From Octopus sinensis (taxonomy: Eukaryota): a stretch of 64,000 nt of DNA. The notes beneath the pieces were generated by a model that was not told the origin of the DNA, did no database searches, and saw nothing but the letters and a program-made list of their open reading frames with translations. The DNA lies in NCBI RefSeq assembly GCF_006345805.1, contig NC_043015.1, forward strand, positions 6,820,001-6,884,000, written 5' to 3'. A program made the position numbers and the translations under genes. Every line of letters begins with the position of its first letter. Position 1 is the first letter of the stretch. Positions 38,941 to 52,860 of this stretch are shown in pieces.

Positions 38941-39099
38941 TGGGCTTCTTTCAGGTTCTGTCTTCCAATCCACTCACAAGGCTTCGGTCGGCCCGAGGCT
39001 ATAGTAGTTGACACTTGCCCCCGGTGTCACGCAGTAGGACTGAACCCGGAACCATGTGGTTCGTAAGCAAGCTACTTACCTCACAGCCACTCCCACGCC
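38669..39099 (-). mobile_element. Family-1 SINE, full length, with internal (TA)n
   Basis: Both modules are present. The head (CACAGCCACTCCCACGCC on +) abuts (TA)n. Confidence 0.92.
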
Positions 39100-39725
39100 T
39101 ATATATATATATATATATATGATGTGATGTTTAGCAACTATCCAGTCGGATAAGAGTACTCTGTAAACTGATACAATAGTCTATTTTTCCTGATCCAGTG
39201 ATCTTGGGCAGTCGTCGTTTCTTGGGGCAGGTAAATCTAGGATTATTTGACTTGTATGCAGACAAAGTACTACGTCATGAAAATCCAGCGTAACTACCTA
39301 GTACACTGTCGTCAATAAACTACACATATACACACATTATATGTATTCATATATATACGTTTATCTAAGTGTTGTTGTTCGTATGTACATACATATATAT
39401 TGGTGCTATAGTATGCATCGATGATATCTAAATTTATACGTTTGTGTAGTACTTGTAATATGTTAATGTGTACGCATGTGAGTATATATGTTTTTGTGTG
39501 TGTACGTGCGCGTGCGCGTGTGTGTGTAGGAGCGGCGAATGTGTTTATACTAAGATAATGCAGTATTTTTAAAGACTGTTCTGTAACTCGATCTAAATTA
39601 AGTTTATTATTATTTTGCGTCTGCTTCCGAGTTATATATATATTTTAATGATTTGTAAATATCCCAGTCACTAACAAAGCAAATAAATTATACATCATGT
39701 TTATTTTTCTATGCTTTTACCATAG

Positions 39726-39801
39726 CTTGATTGCACCAGAAATCATTATGCTAAAGTGGAAAAAATAAGAAAAGCTAAGTTTCAAGTGTCTTTCAGGATT
39801 C
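39726..39801 (+). CDS. Candidate 76-nt exon
   Basis: Acceptor tttatttttctatgcttttaccatAG and donor TTC|GTGAGT. Only one frame is open: LDCTRNHYAKVEKIRKAKFQVSFRI, ending phase 1. Confidence 0.33.
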
Positions 39802-41667
39802 GTGAGTAAGAAAATATTGTTAATATATTTATTTGTATTTCATTTTAGTTGTATTATACAACTTTTACAGTTATTAATGTCTTTTTTTAAGGACTTGATA
39901 TCTTTTAAAGAAGATTGTTCTGTTCTCGTCTAGATTATTTTGTATTTTATGATACACGTATTTCTCGTTAAAATGTTCATGCAGTAATGTTCGGGTGAGA
40001 TTTGAAAAAAAAATGTTTCCAACATGAAGTATTTATCAGCATAGTAGTTATATCATCTTTAAGTGTTGTTTTATATAGTAACATAGCAAATATTCCTAAG
40101 CTGGGGGTTGTTTTCCATTGAACCCAATACAGATCTGAGCGAAAGAGCTATGCTCAATATATTTATTTACTCGATCTGCTTTAGTTTCCAGATATGAGAT
40201 TCAACGCAACATTATTTAATCAGTTTTTCTAACCCCTAGTACATTATAAATAGCAATAAAATATCCCCCAATGATGCCTCAGTTAGCCAAGAGTAGTGTG
40301 CCTCCCACTCGGTGGGGTGGATAGTAATCTGTCAAGCCTTGCTACGGGCCCTTAACTCATGGGTGGAGTCGTTGCGACACCGATGTAAAATACAGCGTGT
40401 CTTGATGCATTTCTACACCCGGTGATAGCCATCATTTTCCAGTTCTCTCTACAGTCAGTTTCTTCCAGAATAAGATATGGAGACAGAGAGAAAGACAGAG
40501 TTCAGGAAAGGAAAGATACATCCCGGTAAAGGAGAGATAATTTATATATCATCCCGGGTATGATGAAAGGCACAGATGACATCAGAGCACAAAGAGTTGG
40601 AATGATTACCGATACTCTCTAAGGATTCAACCAAATGGCCGTCTTACAAGTAAGTTATGTTAGCAGTTATATCTGAAGTCATTCACTGACGATGTTCCAT
40701 AATGCCTTACATTATATTTGCTACGAAACTGTGTTAAGTAGTTTAATTTGGGTACATATAGAATGCATGATACCAATTTTTTGTTCTTTTCTCTTGAGAG
40801 ACTCTCTCAGGAATGGTTTACATCTGGTAGTTGTTTATCCAGCACTGATTTACACTCTACTAATTATAAATAAAAGCGGGATTTCCTTCTAATCACCTTT
40901 TACATATAATGCCCACGTCTTGTAAACAACTTGCACATGCAAGTGCTACCAGTCAAAAGATCCGTATACCGGAAGCCAACAAGTGTACGGGGTCATCAGA
41001 AGAGAATGCACGCCGTTTCGAGGCCTACTTCTGGACGGCATCAATGCGCACCGGCCCCCCTCACTGATATGAGGCCCCGCTTGCTAGATCAGCTGGTTAT
41101 GAAGTTAAACTCAATATCCTTCTAGCCAACGCTCGTGGTCTCTTTTTAACCATTATCATCTATTGCTAGCTTACTAGCAATACTGGTGGCAAAAGGAAAA
41201 GAAATTACAGTTCGGTATGCTGTTGAACATAGATCTACATCAGCATGGCTAACTACAGTACAAACAACAACATACTTTCCTGGATATATTTCCTCAAAAC
41301 CTGTGATTTGCATAGCATTCCGGTTTTCAAGTTCTACATATTTTAACATTCTTGTTCTTGTTTTCAATTGTGTTTATGACATTTTTTGTATACTTTGCCA
41401 TTATACGTTATAAATTGTCTTGTTTCCTTATTTGTTAAATCATTCCAGAGCGTCATGTGATTTCAAAACCTCAGACTTCATATTTGGAGCCTTCATTTAT
41501 TTGACGTTATGACAGGAGTTCAAATCATGTGTTTCTTTGCGATGCAGTCAATGCACAACTTAGACTAATGTTATATCTGATATGCAGATATTTTCTTTTC
41601 TTTTAAACATTGTCAGTAACTTCAATCCTTTAATACATTATGTAGAGTGATTTATTTATTATAACAG

Positions 41668-41711
41668 GTCATGAATATCAAGGCGATGTGGGAAATTCCT
41701 TTATAAATCAG
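41668..41711 (+). CDS. Candidate 44-nt exon, phase-compatible with 39726-39801
   Basis: Acceptor gatttatttattataacAG. The phase-1 frame reads (R)HEYQGDVGNSFINQ. Donor CAG|GTCAAG, or read-through to a stop at 41729. Confidence 0.25.
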
Positions 41712-42023
41712 GTCAAGAACTTCAAATAGATATGCTTTGAACATCAATATTCTTTCAAAACGTATTCTTCAGAATAATGATTTAGTCAGCATGGAAACTG
41801 AGGTCAAGGAAGAGTAAACATTTCTAGTACATCATTCTTAAGATGCTATTATTACAATTCTTATTCATGTTGAATAAGCGTGGGTGTATATATATATATA
41901 TATACACATAACCTTGATAGGTTGATATATATATATATATGTAATCTTGATAGGTTGACACACATACATACATATATATATATTTATATATAGAGAGAGA
42001 GAGAAAAAGAAAGAGAGATGCAT

Positions 42024-42112
<89 letters not shown>

Positions 42113-42528
42113 ATCAATAAATGATGTAATATCGTCATTAGAGTTTATAAAATCCAAGGAACCAGTGGTATCATCGCTGATATATTGGGAGAAAGAGCTT
42201 AACATATACGGATAAGCAGTTTAATTTACATTTTATATTCATATAAGAAAATGGAGTGTTAACTACGGATGCTTATTTCATTTGTATCATGTTAAACACA
42301 ATAAAATATAGCAAACAAGTGAATACAAATTTGAAAGGAACATATAATTATAAAATAGCACTGTTTCCCTAACGACTAGATTGAAACATGTGTAGGCCTT
42401 TTAATGGTTATTTTATAATTATATGTTTCTTTAAATTTTATTCGTATTCACTTATTTGCAATATTTTATTGCGCCTAACATGATACAAATAAAATAATCA
42501 TGCATGATTAACTCTCCGTTTTCTTACA

Positions 42529-42562
<34 letters not shown>

Positions 42563-42565
<3 letters not shown>

Positions 42566-42777
42566 TCTTTTAATCTTTTACTTGTTTCAGTCAGGTGACT
42601 GTGGCCATGCTGGAGCACCGCCTTTAGTCGAGCAAATCGACCCCGGAACTTATTCTTTGTAAGCCCAGTACTTATTCTATCGGTCTCTTTTGCTGAACCG
42701 CTAGGTGACGGGGGACATAAACACACCAGCATCGGTTGTCAAGTGATGCTAGGGGGACAAACAGACACACAAACATG

Positions 42778-42809
<32 letters not shown>

Positions 42810-42973
42810 CATATATACGACGAGCTTCTTTCAGTTTCCGTCTACCAAATCCACTCACAAGGCTTTGGTTGGCCCGAGGCTATAGTAGAAGACACTTGCC
42901 CAAGATGCCACGCAGTGGGACTGAACTCGGAACCATATGGCTGGTAAAGAAGCTGCTTACCACACAGCCACTC
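42563..42973 (-). mobile_element. Family-1 SINE
   Basis: Both modules are present; the 3' end abuts (TA)n. Confidence 0.92.
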
Positions 42974-43203
42974 TAATTTATTCTGACTAATATTTCGTAA
43001 AACAGCGGCGAGACCATACATCGACTGACACACACGTAGTAACATATGGGGACCCACGCGTAACACACGCAGCATGCGCACTAACATACACACACATACG
43101 CGCACCGAAGTTTTTGATGACCGCCATCTGTCTGAGTGATACGTTTTCTGATCCTATCTTTGTAAATAACGTTCCTTTTAACATTTTTCTGTATGCCTGC
43201 TTC

Positions 43204-43247
<44 letters not shown>

Positions 43248-43248
43248 C

Positions 43249-43283
<35 letters not shown>

Positions 43284-43285
<2 letters not shown>

Positions 43286-43643
43286 CTCTTTTACTTGTTT
43301 CAGTCATTTGACTGCGGCCATGCTGGAGCACCGCCTTCAGTCGAGCAAATCGACCCCGGGACCTATTCTTTGTAAGCCCAATACTTATTATACCGGTCTC
43401 TTTTGCCGAGCCGCTAGATGACAGAGACGTAAACACACCAGCATCAGTTGTCAAGCAATGCTAGAGGGACAAACACAGACATACAAACACACACACATAC
43501 ATACACATACCTATATACGACAGGCTTCTTACAGTTTCCGTCTACCCGAGGCTATAGCAGAAGACACTTGCCCAAGATGCCACGCAGTGGAACTGAACCT
43601 GAAACCATGTGGTTGGTTAGCAAGCTACTTAGCCACTCCTGCG

Positions 43644-43645
<2 letters not shown>
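43284..43645 (-). mobile_element. Family-1 SINE flanked by (TA)n on both sides
   Basis: (TA)n at 43262-43284 and 43646-43678. Confidence 0.92.
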
Positions 43646-43681
<36 letters not shown>

Positions 43682-45289
43682 TCTTTGGACTTATTTACCT
43701 CTCACTCTATCCATTCCTTTACCTATCTATGTTTATATCTACCTACGTACTTCTCTATCTTTATTTCTTTCTCTCTGTGTCTGTCTATCTATGTCTGCAT
43801 TTCTATATTTCCAACTCGTTTCGTTTCTTTCAAATAGAACACTGAACTCCAAAATCATAGACATTATTTTCTACCTTTTTCATTTCTTATTGTTAAAAAC
43901 TAACGCATTTATCAAAGAACTGTTTTTACTATAACAATGCTGTATTGATTGCATATGTGTGTGTGTACGTGCGTGTTGTTTGGTGTATGTACTTGTGCGT
44001 GTTTTTGTGATTGTGTGTGCATTCACTAAATACCATCGACACAATTATGTAGGTTTGCCTCGACAATAATCATCTTGTCCCCGCGCACACATAAAAACTA
44101 ACAACGTAGAGAAAGCCTACACAGAAACGTTACAATGCAATATTTGATATCCCGACAACTTATCGACTCGGTCATTTTAATTCTGTATCATCTCCCAATT
44201 TAAAACAAACATTCCATAGCGCCTTAGGAAATGCAAGAGAATTGCCATTGATACAGTTCTTGTTATTGATAATGATTGTAGTCGATGTTCTTATTTTGCT
44301 TTTCTTTCGGAAGCACTATCTGATATATTTTTTTAACGTGTAAATTGATAGATAGTGAAAAGAGAAGAAAAATAGAAAAGGAGAGAGCTATATAATTAAT
44401 GAATTCTGAAAGATAGATGAATAAAAAAAACAACAAAAACTAAAGGAATAATAACTCAAAACGTATAAATTTTTGGTTAAATGCAAAACTATATATGTAT
44501 CTATGTATGTATGTATGTGTGTCTATATTTATATATATATATGTATGTGTATATGTCTCTGTATATTTGTGTGGCTGTATATGTGTGTATATTTCTATTC
44601 TTTTGTACATGTATGTATATGTATGTGTATATATATGTATGTGTATGTATGTAGAAAATATAAAATAAACGACAATGATTGCTTCGAGAAGAGGAATTGT
44701 GTTGTGAATTTCAGTAATTATAGGAAATGTCTAAGTGTCTGTTGAAATTCGCCCCGAGATATTAAATTTGGGCAAGATTTGTGTTCAAGTCACGGTCAAA
44801 ACTGTGTGAAGATCGTTGTACTGCCAGAATTATTTAGTTATAATTATTTATCTTCTCAGATAACAACATATTCCTATCACGTTTCGAATGCTTCTTCCTT
44901 CTGCTATGTTAACTCCATTCTTCTGATTATTCTTATCATTCACTACAATAACAGAGAAGAGCAACAGTGGAGAAAAATATTAATATTCGAGAAACATGCT
45001 GAATCTGCGATCGGGTTTCGATTGCTGTTTAGAGCTGATTGCTAGTTTAAAAAAAGTTAGTGAGCTTCACAAGTGAAATCAGGTGACAACTGGTCTTGAT
45101 AAACGTGGGATTATCCAACTTCAGAAGAAGAAAAGGACTGTACAAAATTAGAATTTTAATTAGTCTAATCTGGAATTGGATATGATTAATGACTGCAGCA
45201 CCCTGTTGATAATATTAATGACCTTGCAGAAAATATAAACTAGAAGATATCTTGGTTTTCCTTGCACTAAAAATTAATTCTTTCCAATT

Positions 45290-46390
45290 TTAGGCATAAG
45301 ACCTGCAATTTTGAAGGGAGGGGGAAATCGATTACATCGGCCCTCAGACCTCTAATTTTATTGACTTTGAAATGAGGGAATCAAAGTCATCTCTTGCTAA
45401 ATTTGAACTCTGATTGGAATCGACTGGAAGAAATGCTGCTAAGAATTTTGCCCGACGTTCTTATTGTTCTAATAGTGCATGGTGGGCTTGCTAGACTATT
45501 GATTAATCTTTTCTCATACAGGTACATGGCCTAAAATTTATAGGGTAGGTGAATTTAAGACAGTCAGCTTGCCATTAAGCATAGTCTCCTGTGTTCTAAT
45601 GATTCCGCCAGCTAACCACATTATTGTATTACTAAATAGTCCTTTCTACTAAAGGTACAAAACCTGAAATTATAAGGAAGTCGATTACATCGACCCCAGT
45701 GTTCAACTGGTACTTATTTCGGCTCCGAATGGATAAAAGGCAATGTCGATCTCGGCGGAATTTCATCTCAGAACATGAAGACAGACGAAATACCGCTAAC
45801 GGTTCTACCAGCATGTCACCTTCTTGTACTTCTAATAGTCCTTTCTACTAAAGGCACAAGGCCTTAAATATGGTGGGAGGGGTTTAGTCGATTACATTGA
45901 CCCCAGAACTAGAAGATAGACGAACTACCTTTCGTTGAGTATTTCGTTCAGCATGCTAAAGATTCTGCAGTTTGTAATCTAGTAATGCTAAATAATTATT
46001 TCTATTATAGGCACAAGACCTCAAATTTGTGGGAGGGGGATAGTCGATTACATCGATCCCAGTACTCAACTGATATTTAATTTATCGACCCTGAAAGTAT
46101 GAAAAGTAAAGTCGACTCCGGCGCAATTTGAACTTAGAACGTAGCGACGGGCGAAATACCGCTGCGTGCCTTTGTAATATTGAATAATATTTTCAAATTT
46201 TGCCTCAATGGAAGCAATTTTGGGGGAGGGGTGTGAGTCTATTGGATCGGTTCCAGTACGTATCTGCTACTTAATTTCTCGGCCCCGAAGGGATAAAAGA
46301 AAAAAGTCTACCACGGTGGAATTTGAAGTCAGAACCTGGCGACGGGCGAAATACTGCTAAGCATTTCGTCCAGCGTGCTTACGATTGTAA
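45290..46390 (-). mobile_element. Cluster of about five degraded family-2 SINE copies (tail B)
   Basis: Repeated AGGCACAAG...GTCGATTACATCGA.CCCAG...TTATCGACCC.GAAA..ATGAAA..CAAAGTCGAC...GGAATTTGAACT motifs. Confidence 0.8.
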
Positions 46391-47248
46391 TACTAAATAA
46401 TGACAAGCATTTAACTACGGATTGGTAAAACAAGTTTGTGTGAAGGACAAAAGACATTGTGGTATTTATTGCCTACCCATTACTTCCTAAGTTCAGATCC
46501 TACTGAAGCGAACTTTCGCTCTACTACGGTTCAGAAAATAACTTCGAAGCTCTAGAATTGATTTAATCGGTTAACCGCACTTCTCCAAATCTCTGGTTCT
46601 GTGCCTATGGGGCAAACGATTCTTCGGCCAATAAACTATTATCAGCCAATAAACCATTATAACTCAATGGCAGAGTTATATAATTTAGAATATCGCACGT
46701 GTTCTAGATCGATATTATTTAACTATTTTAGAAGTAAATAACACAATAACGGCAATATTGGTGTTGATGTAATAATCTGCAATTTTAGTTTGTGAAATAC
46801 ATATGTTTCTTTCTCCATGCAAATGAAATAATGAATTGAGAAAACTTATGTTAAAATAATATGAATAATAGCAACATATGGGTCGACGGAGGTCAGGTGG
46901 TGTTGTGATTCGATTTTGGTACAGCGGGAACAGTTAGTTGGAAAATATCCCATGGTGAACAGGTTGTTGGAGGAGATATAAGAAAGGGTGTTATGTCCAG
47001 GTATATAGTTGTATATGTGGGTGTGTAGACACGCTCATATGGTATGTAAACGAGTAAGCATATAAATGCAAAGCAGCTGTCCGACGAACGGGGACGTGAA
47101 ACTCTGAGAAATAGTTGTGTGAAGTTTTTGTAGTTTTAACAAAAAAAAAAAGTACCTATATACAGATAGACGATACAAAGGCGAACAGGAACAACAACAA
47201 TTAGAGGTACAGAGAAAAAGGACTTCGTTCGTCACTCTGTATATATAT

Positions 47249-47289
<41 letters not shown>

Positions 47290-47294
47290 GAGAA

Positions 47295-47329
<35 letters not shown>

Positions 47330-47943
47330 CAGACACACACATATATGTACATGCATATACATATAAGCTTATGTGTGTGTATATACAATTGCAAATATCT
47401 ATATGCATATATATGTATGTTTGTATGTACATACGTGCGTATGCATGTATGTATGTATGTATGTATCCAGTAGGTAATTTATACATCAAATCTTTTGAAA
47501 CAGAAATTCATAGAATTTCAATAGCTCGATGCTTGAAGGCATTTAAATGATGAATCCTAATTTTGCACAAAAAAGAAAGAAATGTGCTGAAGATGGAGCA
47601 GCAAATTTAATCGATCAATGTAATTTCACTTGGTACTGTGATATAGATCCTGCAGTGATGAAAGGCAAAACAAGAGACAGGCAAGATTTTAACTCAGAAG
47701 ATGAAAGGACCTAAATAAATACTGGAAGATGTATCGTCTAGCGTTTCTGGAATTTCACTGCTTTTGTGGAACATTCGCAACTATAAAAAGAAAGCTTCGC
47801 AGAGTTTGCGAGTTTGCGCATTTCCTATGAAAGACGTTTGATATGTTTTTTTTAATGTGTGGTATCCGTGTACGTCATATTTGTGCATGATTGTACATAT
47901 ATAAATGTATATACACACGTTTTTGTGTGTGTGTATGTATGTG

Positions 47944-47976
<33 letters not shown>

Positions 47977-48002
47977 CACGTGTTTGTGTGTGTGTGTATG
48001 TA

Positions 48003-48040
<38 letters not shown>

Positions 48041-49496
48041 CACACATTCACAGAATCACAGCCACACTCATACACGCACACGTACACACACACACACAGC
48101 CACTCACACGTGCACTGTCATGTGTGTGTGTGTGTGTGTGTGTGTCTGTGGGAATGTTTGTGTATGTGGTGTCTGTTTCGAGACAATTACAGTACGCATT
48201 TCTGTGCTTGCAAAGGAATTGGTAGCCGCAGAACATTTGGTGATGAATTCGAAGGTTTAGACAAAGCCGACGACGACAATGGCGAGAAGGAAAAAGATGA
48301 GCATGATGACGACGATGACAATGATGATGAAGATGACGATGAGGAAATACAGGATCACGGTGGTAGTGGTGATGATGACGATGAATATGTTGGTGATGAT
48401 GCTGCTACTGTTGATTTTGATATCGTACAGGGTCTAATCTCAGTCAACGTCTATTCACCATCGTGGTGCCCCTTCGTATGTCAGTGGCCGGACCACAATG
48501 ACCAGCATTAGCAGCACAGAGTATTCTATATTGTATTTTAACAACTTATCTATAATATCACATTTTCGAGGAGATATCTTTTCAAAGGCCATTACATGCC
48601 ACATTGTGTCACTACTGAAACACTTGTCAATGGTTCTTCTCAGTTTTATGATAGCAGGGTTGGAGCAAAAAAAAAAAAGAAAAGAAATTCACCCTGTTTT
48701 ATTTTATTTTATTTTATTGACACTTCAAGTTACACCCTCTATATTCCTTCCATCACATCGGGTTCAATGAAATAGGAACTATTGAAACACTGAGAGCGGT
48801 GTGGTCGGCTGTTGTCATTGTGGCTAAGATAATATCCTATATTTTATATGTATTGATAATTACATTTTTTTTTATAATATAAGGAAAACTGCATTTTATT
48901 AAATATATGTTTAGGCCGAGAGTAGAAAATATGTAAAAATGTATATTATAGGAATAGATTTCTACTGGTGAAGGAGGAAATTATGAAAGAATCGAATATT
49001 TCAATATTATATTGTTCTGAAAATTACATCTTATGTATCTCATCTTCCAGAATATCTTTATGACTGGATTGCGATTTTTCCTAATGATGTGTTATGCTAA
49101 TTATTCTTAGAGCAATACCTACATACGAACAGAGATGTCTAATTATGTACAACGTAACATAAGACAGATGTCATTCGCATGAGCGCGTGTCTGTTCATGT
49201 GGTATAATTTAAAGTAAATTGTAAGCTACGAATAGAAGGATCTCATTTGAAACCGTTCTTGTAAGACAGAGCTGATGTAAATGGCTGTTGCCTTGTAGTT
49301 AGTTCATTAATCAACAATATTGCGCTTGGCAATAGTGAATCGACTGGAAGAGAATCGAGCCGACATACAAATACAGAAGCAAAAGCAAAGAAAAAGATGA
49401 ATTAAATTGCATGGGCCCTCAACTTAAAACAACGACAGCAATAATACTGCCAGCACTTAACTGAAATATCGGAGTGTTTAAATGAAACATTCTTCC

Positions 49497-49551
49497 AATA
49501 TTTCTGACTCAGTAATTTGAAATATAGACAACTTACTGAGTCAGAAATATT
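49497..49551. other. Perfect 19-bp inverted repeat (pre-miRNA-like hairpin)
   Basis: AATATTTCTGACTCAGTAA (49497-49515) and TTACTGAGTCAGAAATATT (49533-49551) around a 17-nt loop. Confidence 0.85.
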
Positions 49552-50298
49552 TTCATCTGCAGAACATTTCTTCTGTCAATAACAAAATTTAAATTGAATA
49601 CGTAAGAATCTATTTAGTAAGGATATATGTAGCCTGAAATCCTTAATTTGTCATTTTCTTTCGGTATAACTTAAACAATGGTTCGTTATTGGCAATACTC
49701 TTAGCTTAGGGGGAAAATTATATAAATTGTCCGCTTACATTTTATTTTACGCATACCATGGGGGTCTTCAAGTTTATAAATTACTTTATTTGCACATGTC
49801 AAAAATGTTTCATCCCTGAAATATACGTCTGCATTTAATCAGCGAGTGTACTTTTAAAAGTTCTTATTGTGGTTGTGCATTGTCATTCGATATGCTAGAA
49901 ATAGCAGCAAAATTCCGCTCAAACTATACACTACTGTCTTTAAACATACCAAACTGGATATAAGTAAGAGGGAAGCAGAGGCTAGAGAGGAATGGGATAG
50001 ATATGGCTGGAATAAATTTCATCAGGGTTCTCACAAATAAGGCTGCTTTGCAGTAGTCGTTACGATTCATTACGATCTGAGTCGTATCCCGCTGAGGTCA
50101 TCTTTTCATGGGTTGATAAAACAAATAACCGAGCACTATGAATATGTGTATGTGAGAGAGAGACAGAGAGAGAGAGAGTGTATGTACGTACGTGTGTGTT
50201 ATACATGAATGTATATATATGGGTGTGTTTATATATATATATATATATATGGGTGTGTTTATACATATATGTGTGAGTGGGGGTGCGTGTACATATAC

Positions 50299-50443
50299 AC
50301 GATGGACTTCTTTCAGTTTCCGTCCATGAAATCCACTCACAAGGGTTCGGTTGGCCCCGAAGCTACAGTAGAAGACATTTGCCCAAGTTAACCAACCATG
50401 TGGTTCGGAAGCTAGCTTCTTACCACTCAGCCACGCCTGCGCC
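50299..50443 (-). mobile_element. Family-1 SINE, 5' module
   Basis: CTTTCAGTTTCCGTCCATGAAATCCACTCACAAGG...CAGCCACGCCTGCGCC, followed by (TA)n. Confidence 0.85.
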
Positions 50444-51024
50444 TATATATATATACAGATACACTCACACAAACATTCCAATTAACACACAAATACTTGA
50501 TGGGAGTCCACAGAGTTTTCGTCTGTCTAATTCGATCTCAATTTATTAGTCGGCTCGAGGTTTTAACACACTTTTGCAAGGTACCGCTAGATGGGACTGA
50601 AACCGAAATCTTGCGGATAAAATGCTAGCTTGTCAACTAGATAACCATGTCTGCATCTGTTGTTAATCACACAGTCATTCCAGCGCCTGTAATAGTTTGT
50701 ATAAAGGATTAAATGATTTAAATGATACAAAACTAAAATTGTTATTATCCACAAAATAATCTCTGAGACAAAATGAAAGCGCGTCAACGTTAAATTTAGA
50801 ATAAGCATTATTACTAAGTAATACCACTACATTACGATGTCGACGACGACGATGACGACTACAACGATGACGATGATGAGGATATTGAGGATGATGGTGA
50901 CGATGATGATGATGAACATCAGAAGAATAATGACGTCACACAATAACATGATTATACGCCAGCATTGAATTGGCATTCAATTTCAGATTATGATCTAGGA
51001 ATAAATAATGCCTGATTAAAAACA

Positions 51025-51359
51025 GCATATATATATATATATACATTTATATATGTTTATACATATATGCTTACATACATCCATACATATATATATACAT
51101 ATATATAAATATATATACATTTATATAGTGTTATACATACAATAGCTTATACATCCATACATATATATATACATATATATAATATATATATTTATACATA
51201 TATGCATAATACAACCATACATATATATATATATATTTATACATAGACATATATACTTACATACATCTATATATATATAATATATATATATATTATATAT
51301 ATATATATATAATATATATATTATATATATACATATATACTTACATACATCCATATATA

Positions 51360-51396
<37 letters not shown>

Positions 51397-51600
51397 TTAC
51401 ATACATCCATATATATATATACATATATATATATACTTATACATACATCCATTATATATATACATATATATATATATATATAGATATATATATATACTTA
51501 CATCCATATATATATATACATAGTATGTATGTATGTATGTATGTATGTATGTATGTATGTATGTATGTATGTATGCATGCATGTATGCGTGTGTATGCAT
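51025..51600. repeat. (TA)n/(TACA)n compound microsatellite
   Basis: Directly visible. Confidence 0.93.
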
Positions 51601-51959
51601 GCATACAGTAAGGAGAAAATTCGAAATTAACTATAAAGTAAACTAAATCAAAGAAGATAAAACAACAGACTGAAGAGAGCATTCGAAGCAACCAATTATA
51701 AAAAGGGAAGCGGTAAAATGTTTATGTAAGTTTATTAATATAATTATAGGTAAACAGTAACTTTGAAACTTGATTAAATCATATTACTATAATATTTCTA
51801 ATAACACATGGCTTGAATAAAACTTGCTAAATGATTAAACACGGATGCACTTATGAGTGTTACGCTAATATATACAGATATACACGCTGGCATACATACA
51901 TACAGGCATGTGTAAATTTGTCTTGCCCGCATCATGTACACGCATACAGATGTGTTGAT

Positions 51960-51978
51960 ATGTGTATGTGTGACTGTG

Positions 51979-52018
<40 letters not shown>

Positions 52019-52447
52019 CATATATGTGTATGTATAGTTACGTTATATATATTGGGCATATGTAGATAGATAGACATACATATATATACACATATATATA
52101 TATACACACACACACATATACATATACACACATATATACACACACACACATATATATACACACACATATATACACACACACACACATATATATACACACA
52201 CACATATACACACACACACACACATATATATACACACACACATATACACACACACACACATATATACACACATATATACACACACACATATATATATATA
52301 CACATACACATATATATACACACACATATATACACACATATATATATATATATACATATATATACATACATACATATATGTGTGTGTGTATATATATCTG
52401 CATACATGTATGTCTGTATGTGTTTATGTACATTTATTGACTGTATG

Positions 52448-52479
<32 letters not shown>

Positions 52480-52540
52480 TATATGCATACATATATACAC
52501 ATATACATATATATATACATATATATATATACACATATAC

Positions 52541-52571
<31 letters not shown>

Positions 52572-52718
52572 TATATATATATATACACATATACATATAT
52601 ATATATACACATATACATATATATATATACATATATACATATATATATATATATACACATATACATATATATATATATATACACATATACATATATATAT
52701 ATACACATATACATATAT

Positions 52719-52753
<35 letters not shown>

Positions 52754-52821
52754 ACACCTATACATATATATATATATACACATATACTATATATATACAC
52801 ATATACATATATTATATATAT

Positions 52822-52855
<34 letters not shown>

Positions 52856-52860
52856 GATAG
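51960..52860. repeat. (TA)n/(CA)n compound microsatellite
   Basis: Directly visible. Confidence 0.93.

Noticed and set aside
40985-41030. Minus-strand GAAA...CTGATGA arrangement (type II hammerhead?)
   Set aside because: Stem II cannot pair and the cleavage-site base would be G.
41146-41367. Minus-strand ORF with an FN3-like stretch (ITGFEEIYPGKYVVVCTV) and a 9-bp hairpin at 41161-41182
   Set aside because: No usable acceptor or partner exon, and the similarity is too weak to call.
47891-48511. 206-aa ORF with an acidic D/E tail
   Set aside because: It starts in (TA)/(TG) repeats and the acidic part is a decayed (GAT)n microsatellite like that at 50840-50930; no convincing splice sites.
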